Of a stretch of 39,498 nucleotides of DNA, positions 1 to 8,800 are shown piece by piece. The stretch comes from Catajapyx aquilonaris (taxonomy: Eukaryota), in NCBI GenBank assembly GCA_000934665.2, contig JYFJ02003618.1:1-39498 (forward strand). The letters are read 5' to 3'. Made by a program: the position numbers and the translations under genes. The first letter of the stretch is position 1, and every line of letters begins with the position of its first letter. A model generated the notes under the pieces. That model was not told the origin of the DNA, did no database searches, and saw only the letters and a program-made list of their open reading frames with translations.

Positions 1-609
1 TTATGTCTGAGGCTCTCAGAGGACGCACGTTCGTCGGGCCCGTAATGCATGTGTCTCATCCACTTTCTCCCGCCAGCGGCCCCAGCCCCCACTGTTATTC
101 ATCCCAACTTTATTTATATAATGGCCCACAAATCCATCACAAAAATATACCAAAAAAAAATCTGTGTACGAACGTCCCCACAGCTGAGTGTATGAACGCA
201 ACCCGTCCACCACTAGCTATATTAGCTAGTACAGCTAACGTGTCCAAAAAGCTAATATAGCTATTAATTGACAGGCTGGCATTGTTGAGAGGAGGAAAAT
301 CTGGCAACGTAGCCAAGATGTCCGGTTGTTGTGATGCGTTGTTGTCAGGTTTGACCCCAAGCTGACCTCTCCTGTGACCTGCTGCCCTGCTTGGGATCAC
401 CACATTTAGGCAGACACCAAGGGAACATTTTGTAGCAACTGACTAAGAAGGTGAGATCACCCAGAATGAGATGGTGACATGTCACTGGGTGTACCTGTTG
501 TGGTAAACAAAAACACATGGTTTAGAGAGAAACTGTAATCATGCTGATGTGTCCAGTCTTATTGGTGACCCCAATTTTTTTTTATTATTTGCAGCGATCC
601 AAAGCAAAT

Positions 610-2500
610 ATGTTTGGTGTGCGTCTGCGTAAGATGGGCTTGAGTGGAGAGCAGTTTGAGAATGTGGCCTCCGTTATCCTGAGGGTGCCTGGACTCTTCA
701 TCTTCGACTACTGGTGGCAGTTTGACCTCCATCACTCCCTTCCAAAGAGTAGCGACTGGGCCGACATTGTTGGGGCAGCCCTCACCAATCTTGGTAATAA
801 TTAGTGTTGCTGTTATCAGATCAATTTGCTAATGTGTTTTCCATCCAGTTGTGCTCCAAGGATTGGTGCTTCTGCTGCTTCCGCTTGAGCAACTAGTGTC
901 GCTCTATATGCACTATATCAGCGCCGCCTTAGTTGCCTGGGCTGATTTATTCTCCCGTCAGTACGTGCTGGCTGAGCAGCGACTTGCGCAGGAGCAGACT
1001 TTAGCCCTGTCTACTGTCTCCCCGGCTATTCCGACTGAGGACACGCTCTTGGATTGGGATCACGAGTTTTTATTGAGACAAGTGTCAGCGGTGGTGTTAC
1101 ATGTTGTACTTGCATCTTCAACTGCATTTTTGCTGGATTTGGACTGTCCCATGAAACGTGCTTCACTTGCCGTATACTGTCTTCCAGTTGTTGCACGAAT
1201 GGCAAGCGTGCCAGTTACTCACTTGAACATTGTACATAACGCAAGCAGTGCGATTGCGATACTTGCATGCATATACTATGTCCTTAGTTTAATTCCTGGT
1301 GTTGTTTCATATGGGAGGCGTTGTTACCATGCAATTGCACAGCGTGTAAGTGAAGTTGGCATCGCACGAGTTGCCAGTGAAGTTGCTGTACGTGCATTGG
1401 TACCGACGTACTTTTTAGCCTTTTGGGGCGTACTCTTTGCAGCTCAGATGTATGACTACTGGTTTGTTGAGCGTGGGCGGGCTTTTCAAGTGTCAGACGA
1501 GTGGTACTTGGTGCTGCTGTACGCCGTGTCAGAAGTGTGCTGCACACCTTTAAGCCTTGCTAGCACATGCGTTGTCGTTTGTTATGCTTCTCGTGCAGCG
1601 TTACATCTAACACGGATGTACATATGTGCTGGTGGCGTCGCAATAGGTGCGCCAGTGCAAGACCAGCTAGTACACGCAGGCATTGGGGAAGGTTTTACAA
1701 TGGTGTTACTTGCAATCCAAACTGGGTTAATACAACTGCGTATGCCACATCGTATGGGAGCCATGTCAGTTGTTCTCTTTATTGTAGTTGGCTCGCTTGT
1801 ACAGAGCATGTACGATCTGACTGAACCAGCCCTCTTGACTCTCAGTGCGTCCCACTCCCGCTCTATTGCTCGTCACGCGCGATTGCTCTCTCTCTGCATC
1901 TTCCTTTTTGCATTCCCACTGTACATGATACACGTGCTGTACCACGTATTTGATCTAGACTTCTGGACACTTGTTGTAATATCAACGTGCGCTCTAACTT
2001 CGGTCCAAGTTGTGGGATTGCTCGTAGTGTACGGTCTGTTTGTGTACGACGCAACCCAAACCCGCGGTTGGGATTCTCTAGATGAGGTCGTGTACGCCTC
2101 ACGTGCCGTAACACGCGTCCTGGAATTCCTAGTCGCATTATTCGTGGTCGGAGCGGGTCTGCGTGAGAGCCTGGGTGAAGAATGGTCGTGGATGAACAGC
2201 CTCGTGTTAGCAGTCCACTGTTACTACAACGTCTGGCAGCGGCTCCAGGCCGGTTGGCGCTCATTCCTTCTAAGGCGTGAAGCAGCCCGTAAAATCCGCT
2301 CATTACCCAAAGCGAGTAAAGAGAGCCTGGCTTCCCACAACGACGTCTGTGCCATCTGCTACGCTGAGATGGACTCAGCCCGAGTCACACCCTGCAAGCA
2401 CTTCTTCCACGCCGGATGCCTCAGAAAATGGCTCTACATACAAGACAGATGTCCAATGTGCTCATCCAACATCACCATTGGTGACAACAGTGACACCTAA
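610..2500 (+). CDS. RNF145: RNF145/TRC8-family sterol-sensing multi-pass membrane RING-H2 E3 ubiquitin ligase, ~611 aa, 2 coding exons
   Basis: Exons 610-793 and 849-2500 are joined by a phase-1 GT..AG intron (794-848, 55 nt). An acceptor at 594 implies a 5'UTR intron. The N-terminus has the TRC8_N motif VILRVPGLFIFD, followed by many hydrophobic TM segments and a C-terminal RING-H2 (CAICY..PCKHFFHAGCLRKWLYIQDRCPMC). LAIQTGLI, DFW..IS, TSVQV, HCYYNVW and GWRSFLLRR resemble RNF145 more than RNF139 as I recall them. Confidence 0.88.
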
Positions 2501-2728
2501 GTCACTTCTTTCCCTCCCCAAATCACTGCTCATCACAGGCTGTGTCTATTTGGAGTCTTTAAAAAAATGGAACGTTTTGTGTTCAGTCGTGCCAACAGCA
2601 AGGATCTCAGCGTAGCCAACATTATTTCAAGAAATGGAACACTGCATTAATATCTAGTCATGCGGTTTTTATTTACACAAAATAATTATGGAACATATTT
2701 TGCATGCTGTAAAAAAATTAGGGAGGTA

Positions 2729-2734
2729 AATAAA
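2729..2734 (+). terminator. Candidate polyadenylation signal of the RNF145-like gene
   Basis: AATAAA 229 nt after the stop codon and just upstream of the next gene's promoter motifs. Confidence 0.4.
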
Positions 2735-2773
2735 CTGATATAAAGTGATATTAGTTGTGTATTAGCTACTTCT

Positions 2774-2804
2774 TGCGCATGCGCATAGCAGATGACGCCA
2801 TTTT
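2774..2804 (+). promoter_or_regulatory. Proximal promoter motifs of the SMC1-like gene: NRF1/Erect-wing palindrome and YY1/Pho site
   Basis: Perfect TGCGCATGCGCA at 2774-2785 and CGCCATTTT at 2796-2804, 70-100 nt upstream of ATG 2872. Confidence 0.55.
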
Positions 2805-2871
2805 GGAACGCGGCCGAGTGCGGACAAGACGCGTCTCGTTCTCTGCACCCAAGGGCGGCCCCGGGGCGAAA

Positions 2872-5800
2872 ATGGATGAGTCGGACGAACAGGCAGGAGG
2901 GGACACGTCCCAGCAGACCCTGTCCTCCTCACCGTCCACCGTAACCTCCATGTCCCATCTTCACATGGTCCAGATCCAGGACTTCAAGTGCTTCAGAGGG
3001 TCACACACATTTGGACCCTTCCCAAATTACGTTGGGGTCATAGGCTCCAATGGGTCAGGTACTACAAATAAGCCGGTTGAAAATATACTTAATTATATAA
3101 ATACTAATTGGGCTTATTTGCAGGAAAGTCGTCGTTTTTGGAAGCGATTAGTTTCGGATTGGGGATGGACATTTCGGAGCTGAGGGTCAAGAAAGCGGCT
3201 GACCTTTTGCATCAGGTTGATGGGACCGCACCGCAAAACTGGTAAAATGCAGCTGATTTTAATTAGCGTTTGCACACCTATTAATCGCGGTTAACCATTA
3301 CAGTTTGGCCGTCACGTTGACGTTCCTCAAGGACGACGGACAAGCGCTGCCGTTTTCCAGAGTTATTGACCGCAAGAGAGAGCGGTTCTTTGTTAACGAG
3401 CAAGTAAGGCTCGAAACGACTACAAATGATTGCGAATAATTTACCGTTTCGCATTTTACAGGTGGTCACCAAGGAGGTGTATCGGAAAAAACTGGCTGGT
3501 TTGGGGCATTATGCCAGCACCATCAACTTCACAAGGTTCCGAGAAGTCGTGGAAGACGACAACGGCATAAAAGGTGCGCTGGGATTAACGCAACTCCTGG
3601 AGAAAGTCAGCGGGTACGTAATGCAACATTGAAAGTATACGTTTATTACATTTTCCTTACATGCATACATGTGATGCCACAGATCCAGTTCTCTGAAGAA
3701 GGATCATATGGATTTGGAGCGGAAGCTGAAAGTTGCTGAGGCTAAATTTTCGGCCAGCAAAGAGGCCAATTTGAAAAACAGGCATAGAGTCTCTGAGCTG
3801 CGGAAAGATATCAGGAATGCTAACAATTACGGCAAGTGGAAAGAGAAACTTGTAAGGCCAATCCTTCTATAATTATTACTGCGGCTGCATTGAAGTGTTT
3901 TTAAAATTTGCAGGATGAGAAGACATTAACATTGGAAATGCTGAATTTGTTTAAAAACTCCGAGGATATCAAACAAGCAATGGAGAAGCGTAAGCCAGCA
4001 GATGGTAAGGAATTAGCGAAGAAGCTGGAGGATGCGCAGAAGAAAAAGACTAAAATTGCGGACAAAATTTCAAAAGTGTCCAAAGCGGCTGAGAAACGGA
4101 GAGCTGAAGCTTCTGACAAGGTAAAAAGGAATTTCGTAATGACAATTTTGCACTTATGTGAAAGTTGCGTGACACTTTGCCTTCTTCGATTAAGTTCAGG
4201 GACCTTGCAAAAGCTAATAAATCCCACGAGGCATCAAAGCAGGAGCTGCAAGAGGAGGAGCAAGTGTTACAGAGGCTGAAAAGGGAGCTTGCACATGCTG
4301 AAGCCGAGTCCACCGTTTGGAATAAGCAGCTTGAGGAATATAAGCAGGTCCATCAGCGCATAATGAAAAATTTGACGGAACATGAAGCCAAGCGCACGAA
4401 AAGTGGAACCTACAACATGTCGAAAGAAGAGGTTGGAATTTTACTGGAAAATTGCGCATTTGGATCCTCATTTTGTACTGTATGTCTTCATTACTTTTCA
4501 GATGTCTAAGTATTGTGAAGTGATGGAGAAAGTCAATCGAGACTGCCGTGAAGCTCTAACCAACAAGGCGAGGATTTCTCGTGAGCTTCTGTTTATTAAG
4601 CATAAGAGGGACAACATCTGGCGTGAAAAAGATGAAGTGAAGACAAAGGCGTCGAAAAAGACCGCTGTTCTTGATGGACTGAAAAAAGACCTGGAATTGC
4701 TGAAAGAGCGGATTGCGTGAGTTTCTGTTGTGCTCTGTGCTTTTCTTACATTCGATGTTGAAAATTGAGAACATTATATTTTTCCCCAGGTCCATGATTG
4801 AATCTCGGGGACTAAAACAGAAGGAACTGGATAATTATGAGCAGAACAAAGCCGGTACCGAAGCCCGGAAAAGAGAATTGGAAACTCACTACTGCGAAAT
4901 TCAAAACATGTTGCAGGAGCTTTCTCATGTCAAAGCAATGGACGACAATCGACAAAAAGCTGATCTTATTATGACTCAAAACGATGGTGTGGTAAGTGAA
5001 TTTTTTGTGCAGCTTTGCATTATTGAACATTATCATTATGTAGCATTTGTATTAAAATAGTACAAACATTATTAGCACTTTCAATTAATTTTACATATGT
5101 CTAATACAAGACTAGGGCCTTTCTATTCTTGTAATCGATTTAATACATCTCTTATTAGAGGGGACGCTTGAAGGACATATGTGAACCCATTGACAAGAAG
5201 TACGACAGAGCAATCACACTGATCTTGGGAAAGAAGATGGACACATTGATAGTGGATGACCTAGAGACGCTGAAGAGATGCGTGCATTTTGTGGTACAAA
5301 ATAAGGGTCGTACCGAAAGGTTTTTTCCTTTGCATCGATTGCGATCGATTGGTGAAAGGGATTGGAAGAAGAAATTCAGGTCAGTTTCCGCTTTTATTTG
5401 CTTAATTTAATCAGTTGTGACGCCATTTAATTTACGTCTTTGCAGATGTGATCGACCTGGTGTTCAGCCAATGGCTAACTTTATGAGGTATGATAACGCC
5501 AAAGCTAAAGGCATTGTTGCACTTCTAACGGACAAAGTTCTTCTTTGTGAGACTGTGGATGATGCCAAATGGGCTGCCTATGAACTGGAAGGAGGATTCA
5601 AGTATACAGTGAGTAAAACTGTGAAAAGATGTATTGATTTTCATGATGATGATCTGTAAATAATATTTTATATGTAACTTGTTAATTTATGGCTTCCAGG
5701 CCGTGTCTTTGGATGGGACGGCATTTTACAAGAACGGAAGGATATCCTGGTCCTCTGGCGGCTCATGGCGCAACAAATGTGGCAAATGGGATGCTGTTCG

Positions 5801-8800
5801 ATATCAGAAAATTCATGACAATAGGGTATGGGAATGAAATCTGACATTTTGGAAGGGTAAGTAAGACAAATCTTAATTTCAGAAAGCTGTCAGGGAGGAA
5901 TTAGAAAGGCTCTCCAAGCATCGATTTGAGGAATTTGACAAGGAAGGCATGAGTGTGGATATTGAATACTGTGGACAGCGGATCAAAGTATTGCAAGAAT
6001 CCAAAGAAGCAAAAGTAAGTGTTATTTTGAAAGATATGCATGGCTTTCAGCGCCTTGTTTTGGGCACATTTTATGTAATTATTTGCCAATGATATCAGTG
6101 ATAAATTACTTATTTTGTAAACTTTACAGGAACAACTAAAGGGAACCATCATGTCAGAACTTGATGAATTAGATGAAAAATTGCGAGCCATTTGTGTAAG
6201 TAAATAAGAAATTGATGTCTCTTGCATGTCATTGTTGTTAATCTTTCATGAAATGGTTACTATCAATGAAATGCTGCCATTAAGACATGTTGTGCATGCA
6301 ACAAGCACCCATGTGTCCAACCAAAGTTTGGGCCAGTTTTTCACTGGTGGTTAGAGTGACACTTTGAACCGTTCCAGGCTGAAGAAGAAGATTGTGAAAG
6401 AAAGCACAATGAACTGAGTCAGCAATCTGATGAGTTGACGACTATTGTTGAAGCTGTGAGAATTCAGGAGTTGCAAGAATTCTGTAACAGGGTTCGAGTG
6501 GCTAGCGTTAATGACCTGAATGTCATCAGAAGGTGAGGCCTACTCTGTGTTCGTTTCTGTTACATAAATTGAAAAGACACAATGCGATTAAGCGATTTCA
6601 TGGTGAAATTAGTCTAATTGTTGCTGAGACATCAAAATTATGTTTTTCTGCCATCTGATGTATTTTTAATTATTAATTTTCTAATCCGCTTGTTTGGCAT
6701 AGTGCTCAGTTGGAATGGGAGAGTGAGAAGGAGGAGTATCAACAGCAGATTAGCCGCATTAACACTGCTATAGATGACATGAAGCAAAGGCTTGCAAGGG
6801 GTGAGTTGATGTATATCGGGCTTGGAATGAAGTGTGAACAGCAGGCTGCATCTTTCAGCAATATAATAAGCTCTAGAAAAACCCTCGCTTCGCTCATATT
6901 TCTCTGCGGTGCAGGCCAGGCAAGCCACTCGCTTCGCTCGCTTTTTCTAGGCCTGCTGCCTGGGGTGGTGGAGGCCATATTGTTAATCCCTCAAGACTTA
7001 CAGCCAGAGATGTTGCCCACCCCCACCCCTATCCGTTCCTCCGTTTTAAGGTGAATCCACATATCCATGAACCATGATTCCATATTAGAAGCCGTTCAAA
7101 ATTAGACCACATCTGTGATGAAGAGAAACGCAGCATTTATTATGGTAGGCTGCATTTATCTCACAACCAAAGTAACTTTTCTTACCCTCCTAAATTGTGA
7201 AAATTTGTGGATTTTAAAATTCTGCTTGGCCTATAGTGTTGAGAAAACATCACCTCCGCTGCCAATTTTCACGTTAGCAGGGTGAAAATACAGCCAAAAG
7301 GCGATGTTCCGAAGCCACTTGCATCCGGTCGCGAGTCGCCGGCCAGCGCCAACGAGGGATAAATAGGGTACAGGCAGGCCGTAAAGGTCCGCTATATTTG
7401 ATGGTTTTGCCATGGCACTTCACGGCAAGAACACGCGCGAATTTGAATATTTTTGCCGCATGAGCTCCTTTAATGCACTTTTCTACGTATTAATTCCGTA
7501 AGTACGGCAAAGATATTCAAAAACAAAGGGTTACCAACACAGCAATGTTCCAAACAAAGGGTTGCCAACACCCAACAATGTTCCAAACAAAGGGTTCCCA
7601 AAACACAGCAACGTTCCAAACAAAGGGTTGCCAACACAATGTTCCAAACAAAGGGTTCCCAACACGCAGCAATGTTCCAAACAAAGGGTTGCCAACACAC
7701 AGCAATGTTCCAAACAAAGGGTTACCAATGCACAGCAATGTTCCAAACAAAGGGTTGCCAACACAGCAATGTTCCAAACAAATGGTTACCAACACTTTTT
7801 TTCACATGTGTGTGTATGATTAGCATTGGGCATGTTAATTGTGATTATCCAAATGCCTGATTAACGTGACCATTGACACTCTTAGTAATAGCAGTAAGTG
7901 CTAATTACTGTAATTCTCAGTAATATTAACGTACTATGGTAACATTCGAAAGGGCATACATTTCTACACCCGCGCGCATACTGTAGGCCTGCAACACTAA
8001 TTGTTTTAGATACTCAGTGACCGAATCGGGGGGACGCGTCGTGGATGGAACAGGGAAGGGTCGAGGTGACGGCAGAGACTGTTCATGTTGTTAACTCACT
8101 CATCGGAAGTCAGCTGATAGCTGAGGGGGTCTTTACTTCCCCCTTTGCGCATGCTCGGAACAGTGGCCAATTATAGAGGCGTCATGGTAACAATACCACG
8201 CAGTAACAATGGACGAGGGCCAGTAGGAAGCGTGCGGCAACAACAATAAGTGTCTGACCAATCACAATCAGAGGGCTTATACATAGTCTGCAAGCATTTT
8301 AATATTATAGATAGAAGGAAGATAGCAATATTAAACTAATTTAACGTGACAATAGTATGCTCATATATTTTTAAACTAATGCTAATGATAGCTTTTGTTT
8401 GAAGGTCGTTATGATGCCAAGCAAAAGGATGTTGAAGAGCAGGAGGCAAAAGCGAGGAGCATTCGAGAGAGCACAAATGTTACACAAGGGAATATTACGG
8501 CAGCAGAGTCTGACCTGAAGGCAGCAGAAGATCAGCGTCAAGCATACGCAAATGAACTTGGAGAATTGCAGAAGGAAAAACGGACGGTACAGTACATTTT
8601 CTTATGTGTGGTTTTTCTCATGGCTGCTCTGGGATGAACTGGAAAGTATTTCAGAGAGCAATGTTCATGTAAAGATTTAGATTTGTTACTCAAGTGTGAC
8701 TTTATTTTTTAAGACACATTTTATATTCCCCTTATAGGTGCTGGATAATATTCGGAAGTTGAAGGACCAGCGAAGTACGTTAGCTTCTGATGCAAGCCAG

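Noticed and set aside
1054..2615. Antisense and alternate-frame ORFs overlapping RNF145 (likewise over GLRX3 and LAT exon 1)
   Set aside because: Shadow ORFs of GC-richer coding exons with no recognisable products.
7513..7795. CRISPR-like array of ~30-bp repeats
   Set aside because: Units are head-to-tail with only short, mutually similar CA-rich linkers and no unique spacers. There are no cas genes and it sits in a eukaryotic intron.
7470..7860. Six overlapping repetitive ORFs (e.g. MFQTKGCQH.., LCLEHCC..)
   Set aside because: Artefacts of the stop-free minisatellite, with no splice or homology support.
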